Shown here: one piece after another, positions 11,344 through 23,316 of the stretch | How the letters are laid out: every line of letters starts with the position of its first letter | Numbering within the stretch: the stretch's first letter is position 1 | From: Tetramitus jugosus | Lineage: Eukaryota > Protista > Heterolobosea | Direction of reading: 5' to 3' | NCBI GenBank assembly: GCA_937625935.1 | Contig: OW569360.1 | Location: forward strand, 434,001-498,000 | DNA length: 64,000 nt | Program-made: the position numbers and the translations under genes | The notes under the pieces: generated by a model | The model's input: only the letters and a program-made list of their open reading frames with translations | Told to the model about the DNA's origin: nothing | Databases searched by the model: none

Positions 11344-14300
11344 ATGACCATAATACAATATTCTAACAAGGACTACTATCAATCCTATTTTGAACAGTGG
11401 TCCAAAGAACAACACTTTTTCCAAGCAGTGCCTGAAGTGTTACTGGACAAGAGACAACCACCATCACATCCACTAGACTCCACAATACAACAACTCATTT
11501 TTTCAACCCAAACGATATTGAATCCTACCTCCAGTTCCTCCTTTTCTGATTTTGTATCCGCTCTGAATACAAAATACAATGGTGAACCATTTTTGGAGCA
11601 ACCTAACAAACTAGAAAAGACATGTGAAGCAAGCCATCAATCTTCAATTGAAGTGGACATCAAAAAACTTTTGATATACCAAGAAAGGGAGGTCGAGTCT
11701 GGTTGTACAGCAGAAGACGTGATAAAGAGTCTCAATGAAGATGACTGGAGTGTTCCTGAGGACACACTTCTGATTCACACAGACACCTGGAGTTACTTTG
11801 AAGAGTATTATGGGGAATGTCCCATGAATGGACTTGCTATGATAGAAGAAGATTCGTCTATGATACCTGAAGAAATGTATGTTTCGTTGTTGTTTATTGT
11901 TCTAACCATTTGATATTCTAACGTGTCATTATAGTCGTTCTGTACAAGAGAAGTTGGAGAAGAGAGAAAGAGCACTTATTAGCGATTCTTTGCTCAGTGT
12001 TTCAGATGTTGAGAGAACAGTGATTGATGATCATCTTAATAGGAGGGCCGTTGTGGATATTTGGATCGAGGAGCAAGAAGAGACGATCTCAATAGAAATA
12101 GAGGAGGCTACGAACTCATTTGATATGCAAGTATTGGCTCAAACAGTTGTTTCACAGATGGAGGTTATGACAAGTTTGATAGACGAAAATGAATGGGCAC
12201 AGGTGTCGGTGATACACTCAACTCAACAAGCTGGTGAGACAGCAGAAGCCATGCCTTTACAATTCAGTATGACATACATTTTGTTGTACCTTTTACCAAT
12301 CGAGTGCCTCAAGCTAACCAGTATCCTTTATGATAAAAATGTGATTAGAGTATCAGACGATGGATTATGTTAGTGATAAAATGGTTGATGACTCACATGA
12401 AATTGAAGAGGTGTCCAATATTGAAGTATTCTCAAAGAGTGCTAGTTCTAAGATGGAGAAGATGTTGATGAATTTCTTTCAGGACTTCATTCCTGAGAGA
12501 GAGTTGAATTGTTCAATGATGATTTACTCTGCAGAGGAGTTGAAGAGAACGCAGAAGCAGATATATCTCAACGATTCTACTTATAGCGTTGATTCAATTA
12601 ATCCCATTTGCATAGTAGAAGATGTCATCATCGATGAGAAACTATCCATTGAAGAAGTATGTGCTTGTCATGGAGAGCCACATTGCATCATCAACCACTA
12701 ACACTATTATCTAGTATATCAATGAAGATTCACTATTCAATTCATTTGCAAGTGAGATATCACTATCTAATGTCGAGATCAATCTCCCATGCTTGTGGTA
12801 CTCTGAATTAATGCATGAGTCAAGAATGATCACAAAACCAGCACGAGAGGTATCCAAACAAAGCGCTGTTTGCAATAGTTATTTGATTGATGACAAGCAA
12901 AGGGAAGCAATACCTACAGATATGCAGGAAGAGTATGTCAATGTGGAAACTTTTAATATGGAGGAGCCGGTTGCTCCCTTATATAGTCCTCAGTTTATGA
13001 TCGAACTTGATCAAACAATCGAAACACACATTCTGGATATGATCTCACAAAAGAAATCGTTGGAAAGAGCAGAAGGAGAACTAAAGAGTACTATCCGTGA
13101 TAGTTCGACTCTGGGTTGTATTCATAGGTATTTAGCGCTCGTGGATGAACTTCCTTCTCTAGAGGAGTTCAGTGCTCGAGGTAGATCTAAAGCATCACTG
13201 AATGAAACGCACAGTGATGAACCAGATTACGCATCACACGATAAAATAGAGTCGAGTAAGAGAGATGATATTGTACTGGATTCGTTGGACAGCTTTATGG
13301 CGATGAAAAATGGAAATAGCGTTGTACCCAGCACAACTTTGAAGGACAAGCAAGTTACCAAGGGCATACATCTACCTCCTGGAGAAAGCTATTGTCCTTT
13401 CCAAGAGAATCTGGTTACTCAGATACTGAGGAAAAGTTCAATTTTGTCCCTACCTGATTCGATCTTTCCTCGACAAGTTACAACATTGTTATTGTACAAC
13501 ATTATTCAAACTAATTCATTAGGGACAATTGTCTGGATATCTCCATCAAATAGATCAATAGAAGAGGAGTATATCCTTCAATCGTACATTCTATCAGGAT
13601 TTGTGAAAGTCAGGTTGGTGACAAATCAAAATATAATTAATGGTATGACTCTCAAAATATTTGTATCGATTGTGCCAGTACTAACTCTGAAACATTTCAA
13701 GTTTGTTCTGAGATGAAATCCGAGACTGTCAGATCGAGGGTACTGTTTTGCACATGCGATACTCTAGTACTACTAATTGATAGGATAAGGTATGTCATGC
13801 AGCGAGTTTTGGTCAGCAATTCAACACGATATTAACTTTTACATTTTTACATAGAACCTTCTTCTCTTCTTGCAGTACGATGGTGTATAGCACTTCAGCA
13901 CTACTAACTACGAATGAGTTCAAGCAATTCGAACAAATGAGCAATCACCTCTTGTCCATAACATCAGCAAATCTCCATACAGTTCTCGTGTCTCAAGTTG
14001 TAGGTGATTCTTTTGGACAGCTCCGCGATTTCATCTTTAAGTCTTCTATCAAACAATTAGTGTATAAAACAGATGAGTTGGATTCGATAGAATTTTCCCA
14101 GAGACAAAAGAGAATCAGAGTTTCCCTAGAAGCAACTGAGATAGGCGAGCTATTGATATCAATATCCAAGATTGGTTCTTTTCTTATAGAGAATATTCAT
14201 GATGTACCTGATCTACGAGAGGGCATTAAATTCCAAGATATGGATGCAGGGTATGGTTTTCAAATGAGTAATACATCCACTATCCATGTATCATCGACTA

Positions 14301-16502
14301 TTTTCTAACATATTCCTTAGATTCTATGGTGATGTGTTCAACAAGTTCAACGAGAAAATTAGATCTAACATCAGTACAAGAAGTGACACCAGAGAGTTGT
14401 ACGTTCAAAAGATTAATTATAGACGAGTATGTATGACATTGTAGGAGCTTGTAGCGATTTGTATACACTAACAAGTACAGTTGGTGAGCTTGCATGTTTT
14501 GAGATTCCTCTATGATTTGTTGAAGGAGTCAGGAATTTTTATAGCGTATCAATACTTGGAAAAGTTAAAGCAGAGCAAAGAATACTCTATAATCCTTGAC
14601 TCCTCCTTTTCTGATATCAAGCAAAGAATTCAACAGCTGTATGAAGAATCGGGTGATTTTCATGATCATCCAAAGATAAAGGATTTCATTAGGTGGATTG
14701 AGACAGAGATATCTGCATCAAACAAGCAAAAGGTATTTAGAGTTTTCTCCCTAACAAGTGACAAGTATTTCTAACTGTCTTGAAAGATTATCGTTATAAC
14801 AAAATACTATTCGACAATTGAGCTTCTTGCACGAGTTATCCACGACAAGTTCCCTCGTGTACTGGTTCATATTGTTCAAGATGAAGGAGAGAGTGTTTCA
14901 TTGATCAATTGTAATCCGCACACTCCCAACATTGTTGATTGTCAACTGATTTTCATTCAAAAAGTTACTTGGAGAGATGAGGTCGTTAATCGATACTTCA
15001 ATGATTGTTCTTCTGTCGTCGATATCGAAGGGGTTGACTTCTTTTCTCTGAAGGGATTTCCTAGAATGTACCATCAACGGAAGAGTTTTGTCACCTTCTC
15101 TTCTGTTCTTCATCTTTCTCCCAACCTTGATGATATCCAGAAGTCTTGGATCGAGAATGTTTTATCTACAACGCAGCGGAAGAGGAATAGGTCTGATATA
15201 GTTCAGTTAGATGAGCTAGTTCACAATGGTTCAGTATGGGACTCAAAGCGTTTGGTAGATGAGTGTCTGTTAGATGTTTTGCACCAGGCAAACAGTGAGG
15301 ACAATACGAAGGCGCCTGAGAAACAGGAGGTTACTATCGTTGCTTCAGATCACATTATACAAGATGTTGAACTTATTAATCGGCTAGAGTCTCATTACCG
15401 TATATTAATATCTGAGAGAGATACTTCTTTATTTGCCCAACCAGATCTAGTCATTGGGTATCGAGATTGTATGATTATAGAGAAAATTCCTTTGATTGGA
15501 GTGGACGAATTTATCGATCAACTCGCTACAAAGTTGTTGTATCTCGGGGTTCAATATGATTCATGCTGGATTATCATTCGTAACTTTGAAGAAGCATCAT
15601 CTCCGTAAGTTCTTATTTCGCACACATTCCATCTTGAATACTCGCTAACTCCTGCATACGATAGGGATGAGCTCCGTGATCAGATACAAGCAGTATCAGT
15701 GTTCTCTCAGAGTTTTACTTCGATTATTGATTCTCTAGGAATTCAGACTCGAATTCTCTATACCAATGACAAAGAACACTGTTCAGAGATCATTGACTAC
15801 ATCGCTCGTTCGGTTCTTTCTGTAGAGATCAAACGCAGAGATTGTCGACTGTCTGACAACGAAACAAACATTGAGAAGTTTCTCTCTTGTTTTCCTTCTC
15901 TATCCGTGTTTTTTGTACAACAACTTCTTCTGGCATTCCCTTCCCTGAAGGACCTATACTCTCATTCGGTTGAAGATCTTGTCAACATTATGGAGTTATC
16001 TAATGCAGAGGGTATTTCTCGTATCGAAAAGTTTTATGAATTACTATGCAATCCGACAACAGAGTTTGACACGAAGGCCGATTCAAGCGAATGTCATAGT
16101 AACCACAATCCACAATCAGAACTCGATAATTCTCAACTGACTGTGATAGAACCAGTTATTCAAATAGGGGAGGATAGAGATTTGAATTACTCGGCTAACA
16201 GTCTAATGCATGTTCCCAGTCATCCTTCACTCTTGTTCAATAATTCCTCTCATGTTTCATCGAATTCCCCAATGGTATTTAACTTGCACGATCAACTAAC
16301 GATACCTGACTCGATGACTCGATCCTCTGGCACATTTAGTAACCCAATCCAGTTTATCGAATCCTGCTCATATCCTGGTAGTTCCAAGTCCAAGAAACAT
16401 ACGAGTAGATATCAACGCCCAACACCGACATCAACACCCACACGAACAAAGAGAAAATATTCTAGCCGGACCACACCTTCCAAGAGAAAATTTCCCTTCT
16501 GA
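11344..16502 (+). CDS. SHOC1: SHOC1/Zip2-like meiotic crossover factor (degenerate helicase-like region + inactive XPF/ERCC4-like domain + HhH), about 9-10 short introns
   Basis: A chain of same-strand ORFs joined by ~55-60-nt GT..CTAAC..AG introns (e.g. 11877-11934). N-terminus MTIIQYSNKDYY. C-terminal IVASDHIIQDVELINRLESHYRILISERD...PDLVI and EKFLSCFPSLSVFFVQQLL resemble animal/plant SHOC1 as I remember them. Confidence 0.7.
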
Positions 16503-16629
16503 AACCACATTTCATGCTCCCTCCAAACCCGTAGTTCGTTTTTGGCCGACGGCGGAAGTTTCTTCAAATAAAAATCTTCAAACAAAAAATCATCACACAA
16601 CACAAAAGAAACAAAAACGAAAACAAAGA

Positions 16630-17635
16630 ATGATGCAACAAGTGTCTAGTCATCAGCAACAACAGAAGCAAACAATGAGTGAAAGCAACAGTTGTCCATC
16701 TTACTTTCAAATGGGATATTGCTTGAGAGGTAATGACTGTCCATTTGCACACGATGAACATGCAGTCAACGTTCCAGAGATGGAGTTTTTCTTTGGATGG
16801 GAATTAGCGGATTCGTTTGTCCAACAATGTAAGTTGTTTTTTTTAATACTCGTGCAATGTAAAATGATTGTTGTATCTGACTTGTTTGTTGGTGATCGAT
16901 CATTCAGACAAAAAGGATTGCACCGAACAACTGATGCAGGAAGAAGAGAAGAAAAAGGAAGAAGCTAAATTGTTGTTGGAGCAGGAGCGTGATCGCATAA
17001 GGAAGAATGCAGAAGTGAAAAAGAAGCAAATTCAGATGGAAGACGAGGAGAACAGGGAGCGCAAGAGACTTGAAAAGCTCGAAAAGCGCAAAAGAGAACA
17101 AGAAAATCAATTGCTACAAAACCTGCAACCACAAAAGCTCCAAAAACAACAACAACAGAGAGACAATCAAGGAGAAGAAGCAGCAGTACCAGTCGTTGAG
17201 AATATAGAAAAGAGTCAAGAGAATACAGTTTCTGCAAACGCGACTGTTGTTACCAGTGAGTGTCAAGTGCAGCCCAATGGTGGTGATGATGATGAGAATG
17301 TGCGGTTCTCAGAACTATTGTCCAAATACGAGGCTGTCAACTGGAGTGCGCCAAGAATACCACTGAGCATACATTATCATGTTCCGGCCAATTTTCGACA
17401 AAAAATCCTGGAAAAGCTCATCGTAGCCTATGAAACTCACGTGTTCAAGAATGAAGTGAACAAGGAAATGAGGCGACAAAAATCCGTTCTTAACTCCTTT
17501 GAGACGGAGCTCGATCTGTACAATAAGCACAAGGACAAGTCGGCCTATTGGATCAACTCATCCAGTTTTGTAACAAGGTTGGCAACAACCACTCCTGCAC
17601 CTTCGCTCTCCAACACTAACACCAACAATAAGTAG
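16630..17635 (+). CDS. CCCH zinc-finger protein with coiled coil and REXO1-like helical C-terminus; intron 16829-16907
   Basis: CPSYFQMGYCLRGNDCPFAH (C-x8-C-x5-C-x3-H); VPANFRQKILE...ELDLYNKHKDKSAY; the intron restores the frame. Confidence 0.75.
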
Positions 17636-18103
17636 TAGCATACACAAGAACAAAACAAAAACATGACAAAATTTATGATATCTTGTGCTACCGTGTTTAC
17701 ACACTATGGACACACCTCCTTTTGAAACTGTGACCACCACAGTTTACGTCATTGACTCGTAATCGTGACATGTGTAGTCAATGTTTAGAGCTGAAGTGAT
17801 ATAATAATGATAGCTCTGACGGATCTGCTTTGTGCATCAGTCTTCTTTCTGTCTGGTCCATGTATTGCGCTTTGTAAAATCTGTAGGTTGATCGAGGTAG
17901 GATCTCCTAGGATGAGAAGTTTACTTGATAAGAACTCTGTTCTTAATAGATTCATAACCAACAATAGCAGGGACCTTGTACTACTAGGTATGTAAGTTAG
18001 ATGAAATATGTATGTATGGCATTTATTCTATTCTTTTGTCTTCGTAATAAAACAACTTCATTTTGTAGCAATGTTTTGCATTGAGTCAATGAGGATGCTT
18101 GCT

Positions 18104-18694
18104 CTAAATGTCAGAGGATCCACTGCCGCGACCACTTGTTTTTGAAACGTCCGGTTCCGCTTCATCAATTGATATTCTTCGCCTAAATCTTGACCCCGGA
18201 AAACTGCCAGCAGATCCTCCGAATCGCTCAAAGTTCTGTCTCATTCTCTCTCGCATTATGTTCATGTTACGGCTCATTCGATTGAAGTCCGTAAATATGC
18301 TGTCAAAGTCTTCAAAGTAGGATGTGAAAGGATTAGCAACAAAAGAATTGAACGATCCTTCTCTATCGCCGCGACTATCATAGAAATCATCGTTACCTCT
18401 TGTGTCATTATCCATGTATTCAACGTTTCGAACAATAATGTGCATGGGTGTGTTTTCACTCTCTTCAATAATGATCAATTGCTCAATGTCTTCCCTGGGT
18501 TCCTCGATCACTGGATCGTAACTCATGAGAATTCCGAGTTGGAACTGAGTAGCGGATTCTTCATCTTCATCCATGAAACCATAGCTACTCTCACTGCCGA
18601 CAGAGTCTTCAGTGTCGCTTGGTATTTCTTCAATCGGGATACTTCGGGTGCGTTTTCTTGGTGAGTCTTTGCCAGAATAGCCTCGTGTAGACAT
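18104..18694 (-). CDS. Hypothetical acidic protein
   Basis: 196-aa ATG-initiated ORF, no recognised domain. Confidence 0.6.
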   Translation of the reverse strand: MSTRGYSGKDSPRKRTRSIPIEEIPSDTEDSVGSESSYGFMDEDEESATQFQLGILMSYDPVIEEPREDIEQLIIIEESENTPMHIIVRNVEYMDNDTRGNDDFYDSRGDREGSFNSFVANPFTSYFEDFDSIFTDFNRMSRNMNIMRERMRQNFERFGGSAGSFPGSRFRRRISIDEAEPDVSKTSGRGSGSSDI

Positions 18695-18990
18695 GGTGTG
18701 CGAATGAGTTTGATTTGATGAGTGGTTTCTCGCAATATTTAGGTACCTTTTGTTTGTGCGTGATCAGTTGTATTCTTTCAAAAAAGTGACTCATTACAAT
18801 GTACAATCGCCCGACCGTTGTTCTATTTATATGATGACCTGGTTCCCGACAAAAACTTATGCGAGGGTACGACCGATTTGCCAATTCAGTCCAGCGCTGG
18901 AAGCTTCCTGTTCTCCATGTTCGAACATGAAGAAAAAACAGCACAATTGAACAGTTGGTTATCCTCACGCATTGCAACAGTCAAAAAAAT

Positions 18991-20019
18991 ATGTTAAGGA
19001 GGTTGTACAATATCGTTTCTTATGGCTTTGTCAAGAGGGATCCCTTCGACAATACTCTGCACTTCACAGTTCACAAGATGTCGAACAATTTTTTGGTCAA
19101 TGTGAAGAACAAGATGCCTACGATTATTGTGCTGTGTGATCCCTCGGTTGTACCCCTGGTTCAAAGCATGATCGATTTCAACACGTTTGAGTCGTCCAAT
19201 GATGAATCCAAGAGGAGAGCCATTGTTGTTGCTTCCATGGATTACAAGGAATTTTCTCCAGCGATGCTCCACGTGGACCGAGAGTACTTCAAGGACAGTG
19301 TGGAGTATCTCATGGCAGGAACTGACCAAGTATTGATGAGGAGTGGGGATGCAGAGGTTGCCATGGGTGATTTTCGATACATGCTGTGTGATGTTCCCTT
19401 TAACGTTCAATCTGTCCTTACGATGAAATACTTTTTGGAGTATGTGGAGTATACTTATAATCGAAGAAAGATTAATTCCCCTTTGCAGGATATGAAAGTA
19501 ATTGCAATCCGACTGGATCTCGATAAGTTTACAAAGAGCAGATACGAGCAAATGATGGAGGAGGATCTAGCTACTCGATATGATGCTGAATGTGTCGTGG
19601 CGACAACAACGACTATTCACGACACGGACATTGAAAACAGCTTTGAATCCTTGAGTGATGATCTAATGGGGCATATCCTCGATTTTTTACCGGTCAAAGA
19701 CCTACTTGCTTTCAGCCAGACAGATACACGATGCATGACCATTGCTGATGAAATTCCATGGAGAAGATATTACCGCGGACTAACTGGATGCGATACTCTC
19801 CTGCCAATACACAGCTCCTTCTTACACGGATGCAAGGAGTTGATGATTAGGAAGAGATTGGCTATCGGCAATTGGAAGCCCAATCTTAAGGTGTCATTTT
19901 GTTTCACAGTTGAATATCCGACTCCTTTATTGGTGACACATCTTCTTCAATCGAAGCACGTTTATAGAGACCTCAAGGTACCACGAGAAGAATTCCAATC
20001 ACCTGCCGTTTGCTTTTGA
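18991..20019 (+). CDS. F-box-containing protein
   Basis: FESLSDDLMGHILDFLPVKDLLAFSQTDTRC...W F-box motif in the C-terminal third. Confidence 0.75.
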   Translation: MLRRLYNIVSYGFVKRDPFDNTLHFTVHKMSNNFLVNVKNKMPTIIVLCDPSVVPLVQSMIDFNTFESSNDESKRRAIVVASMDYKEFSPAMLHVDREYFKDSVEYLMAGTDQVLMRSGDAEVAMGDFRYMLCDVPFNVQSVLTMKYFLEYVEYTYNRRKINSPLQDMKVIAIRLDLDKFTKSRYEQMMEEDLATRYDAECVVATTTTIHDTDIENSFESLSDDLMGHILDFLPVKDLLAFSQTDTRCMTIADEIPWRRYYRGLTGCDTLLPIHSSFLHGCKELMIRKRLAIGNWKPNLKVSFCFTVEYPTPLLVTHLLQSKHVYRDLKVPREEFQSPAVCF

Positions 20020-20039
20020 AATGAGTTTTTTTTAATACA

Positions 20040-21500
20040 CCCAATTGGTTGCTTGCAGTACTTGTTTGCCTAAACCAAACCGCACACAAATTCAAATCTT
20101 AAACAGCTTCTTGACATCATTCGGTTGGGACAGAGAGAGATTGCAACTCAGGCAGTTGATGTCATTCCCTGAAGATATCGACAAGTTACTTGTCGTGCAT
20201 ACTGAGAAGTTCTGATCTTGTCATAGTTGGATCCGGTACCTGCATTTCTCTTAGTATACTGTGCAATAACTTAAGGATGTTCTCATCAGCTACAGACACA
20301 TGTTTGTGTACAAAATCTGTATAAATCGATCTCTTTTTAAGCCATACGATGCTTGCTTTCCGGATGCAGAAACACTCTGTCACTTACTTTGTCCTATTGA
20401 CCTGGACTGAATTTTCGCATGATCAGATAGTTATCCAAATACAGTGCTGCATCGTAATTAAACTGCAGAGATAAATAGATTTAATCTGTTAGTCCATATG
20501 GTCCTCTGAAATTCTTAGTGAGAGGGAGCGTCCAGATATTATTTCTTACGGCCCCTTAGGTCTGAGAAATTCATTCAAATATTTATTCATAGGGGATCTC
20601 TTGATCCCAATCACTAGTAGGAGAATTAATGTAACGTTCGAATTTACAGGAAAATGTGTTATTCAAAACAGACAGGAGGGGGTCAGAGGTAAATATAATA
20701 TCTGGACGCTCCCAGATATTTGATCTTATTAACTGTTAATAAAGCACTGGCAAAGGAAGCTGCAAGCTTCAGTTTTAGAATCTGCTGCTTTTTGTGCTAT
20801 ACGCAATGCATCATATCCATAAACCTATAAAATCCTGGGAATCCTTTGAACTTGTTCTGTAGAATATCCAGATACTTCTAAGAACAGAGATCTATCATAA
20901 TAATCCTTTCAGTATCAGTATTTTCTGAACACTGTATCCAGTATATTGAATGTTCATCTTGGTAGTATCTGAACATCAAAATATCAGTGTCGAACGACTA
21001 CTCCAGAAAGTAGATTGATAAGCTAATAGATCCATCACTATACATTGGACACAACCCGAAAACTGGAACGTTCCATGCCATCTCCACATGCAATGATTCG
21101 TTTCAAATTAATAACCACATCACGATCTTGATTCTGATCATCGACAGTATTATCACAAGTGTCTGCAATTGAAAGATATGTCAAACAATTTCGAATGTGG
21201 GATCTGATGTCATCTTCAGATAACTGAGAATGTAATGATATCGTCTTATAATCATACCGTGTCACAAAACAATTTCCAGATGTCGTGATGCTTTGCCAGA
21301 TTCTGCCAGAAGGAAATTGCCATTATATATCATTGATAAAACAACTCAGACCTATTGAAAAGAGCAAAAACAGAAGTACAGAAGCACCACCAGTTGTAGA
21401 GCTAATTCTCTAGATGTATCTAAAAAAAGTTGCAGAATTTTTTTGACCATCAGTATCGTAAGAGGTTGCTTCATCCCAATCATTTCGAGGCGTTCAAATT
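20040..21500 (-). pseudogene. Highly degenerate coding relic, probably transposon-derived, interrupted by a MITE
   Basis: Stop-riddled minus-strand fragments (ALYLDNYL; IIACGDG; FDVQILP..NILDTVFRKY) in AT-rich DNA with no host-type introns; family not identifiable. Confidence 0.3.
20524..20713. mobile_element. 190-bp MITE, 19-bp perfect TIRs, 3-bp TSD (AGA); PIF/Harbinger-like
   Basis: GGGAGCGTCCAGATATTAT (20524-20542) is the exact reverse complement of ATAATATCTGGACGCTCCC (20695-20713). AGA flanks both ends (20521-23, 20714-16). The interior is non-coding and AT-rich. Confidence 0.85.
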
Positions 21501-21922
21501 ATGGAAAAGGAGGACAGAGATCTGGAAATAATAAATAAGAATCATGCACAATTTCTCAGTTTTGCTACTATCTAAGAACTTAATTGAGTACGCACATCAT
21601 TATTTGAAATTATTGGTCACGATGGAGTGTACAAACTGGCAGATCAAAAGGTTCCTATCAACCTGTATACTACTGTTACCAAAACGATTTCAGAGGAATA
21701 GTTCTCCGTTATTTGATCGCAAGTGACAACACCTAGAAGATACTACAGTACAAACAACCACATTTCTCTGTCGACGAAGAAAAGAGTCAGATCAATGCTT
21801 TAAAATCACTACATCTCAGATGTCGTTTTCATTTGGTTAGTCCAAGTCTTGTTAAAAAAAGTAGATATAGATCACAGAGCAACAGTGGCTGAATGTTTAC
21901 TGCGATTGTTGGCTACTAACCA

Positions 21923-21981
21923 CCACCCAGCAAAGCGTGGATTCTCATACTCACGAACAACAGAGGTGTGTTCGTTTTTTC
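21923..21981 (+). repeat. 59-bp block (copy 1) upstream of tRNA-Ile, containing a hairpin and T-tract
   Basis: 57/59 identical to 28049-28107; ACGAACA...TGTTCGT stem (21953-21975) followed by T-run. Confidence 0.9.
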
Positions 21982-22038
21982 GTTTTCGAGGACGAGTGCC
22001 GCCATCAAGTTCGTCCAAAATGGAAAATCTAAATAGAA

Positions 22039-22111
22039 GGTCGTTTAGCTCAGTCGGTAGAGCGTTGGTCTAATAAGCCATTGGTCGCAGGTTCGATCCC
22101 TGCAACGACCA
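22039..22111 (+). tRNA. tRNA-Ile (anticodon AAT), copy 1
   Basis: Cloverleaf: acceptor GGTCGTT/AACGACC, D arm GCTC/GAGC, anticodon loop CT-AAT-AA, T arm GCAGG-TTCGATC-CCTGC; T-run terminator follows. Confidence 0.97.
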
Positions 22112-22267
22112 TTCGTTTTTTCCTCTCTGCGTTTTGTTTCCGAATTCTTAAAATTCCTATCAGTGCTGCCACAAGGGCAACTATCAACTTATTCTGCTCA
22201 TAACCTATCAATGTCTCTTATTGTCAGACCAACAATACATCTCCACTTTGATAACAACTCTGAACTC

Positions 22268-22752
22268 TATGGAAACGTCTATCTGAAACGAATTGGGATG
22301 TCATCGGAACGATTTTGGGAGCTCAACAACGAATAATGTTGTAACCTGAATTTGCTGGAAGCAGTCATCAAAGACAGGGACAGGTCCAGCAATTGCTCGA
22401 TCAATCGATATGAAATACTCTTAATGAGTGATCAGAATGTGTCATTTCATTGCATAGGTAAATGTCAAAGGAGACAAAATATATGAGTTTGTGGATGAAT
22501 TCAACAAGACTGGAAAGATTTCACACACCGCGGCTCCCACCAAGAGAGGAATGGACTCGGAGAAGAAACTGGCGGCACACACGACAAAGCTTTGAGATAG
22601 CCAAAATGATTGGCGAGGTCTACTTGAACCAAAGGTTTAGCCATTACTTCAGTCCCGGTAAGTTTATCTCCATTGATGAAGGACTGATCGAATTTACCGG
22701 TAGGTATTATTAGAAGCATTTTATTCCCACAAACCTGCTGGAGAAGGTATTA
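22268..22752 (+). mobile_element. piggyBac (DDE_Tnp_1_7-type) transposase relic
   Basis: YGNVYLKRIGMSSERFWEL (22268-) and FSPGKFISIDEGLIEFTGRYY*KHFIPT, continuing after a 1-nt frameshift as (K)PAGEGI. These match piggyBac MSxxRF and PGxxxxIDExxxxFxGR..KP motifs. Contains stops and frameshifts. Confidence 0.85.
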
Positions 22753-23316
22753 TGGATACTGAATGTGCCTATCGCTTTCATCGTAAATTATTGGATGTAA
22801 GACACAATAATCAACAAATTACTTTTGAGAAAATGTGTGTTTATGAATAAATGATTGTATTTTGATAGTAATTGTTAAGTAATTATATATTGGCGAATTC
22901 CTTCACTATGAATGGTCTTGTGGACACGTATGTCCTTCGGCCAATTTTCAGCACATTTCTGAGTATAATTTGCATGAAGTTGTAAGAGATATGTATGCTG
23001 GTTGACTCCCCAGCATGAATCCCACAGAATTCGACAAATACTCTGAATCCTACTAGACAAAGTTGAAGTTTACTGTTTGCAGCATCTCAGATTCCGGAGC
23101 ATTGCAAATACTGGTGCGCATTCTGCTTGGATAGATAAATTAAAATATAATCTGGATCATTATCACTCTCAGTTCCAGAGATCACAAATTTGGTGTTGCC
23201 CTGAACTTTCTCTCTTCCTTGCAGATTTCTCAAGTGTGTTATAATTGTGGCGTCCAGCGTCCAACCCTTGTTTGGAAGTATCTTGAACCTTCAGCGTCCA
23301 TTTTTTTAATTTGTAA

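Noticed and set aside
23090-23250. RING-like CKYWCAFC...CYNC fragments upstream of the transposase (would mirror the RAG1 RING)
   Set aside because: The fragments lie in different frames with several stops and are not in frame with the transposase; could be chance.
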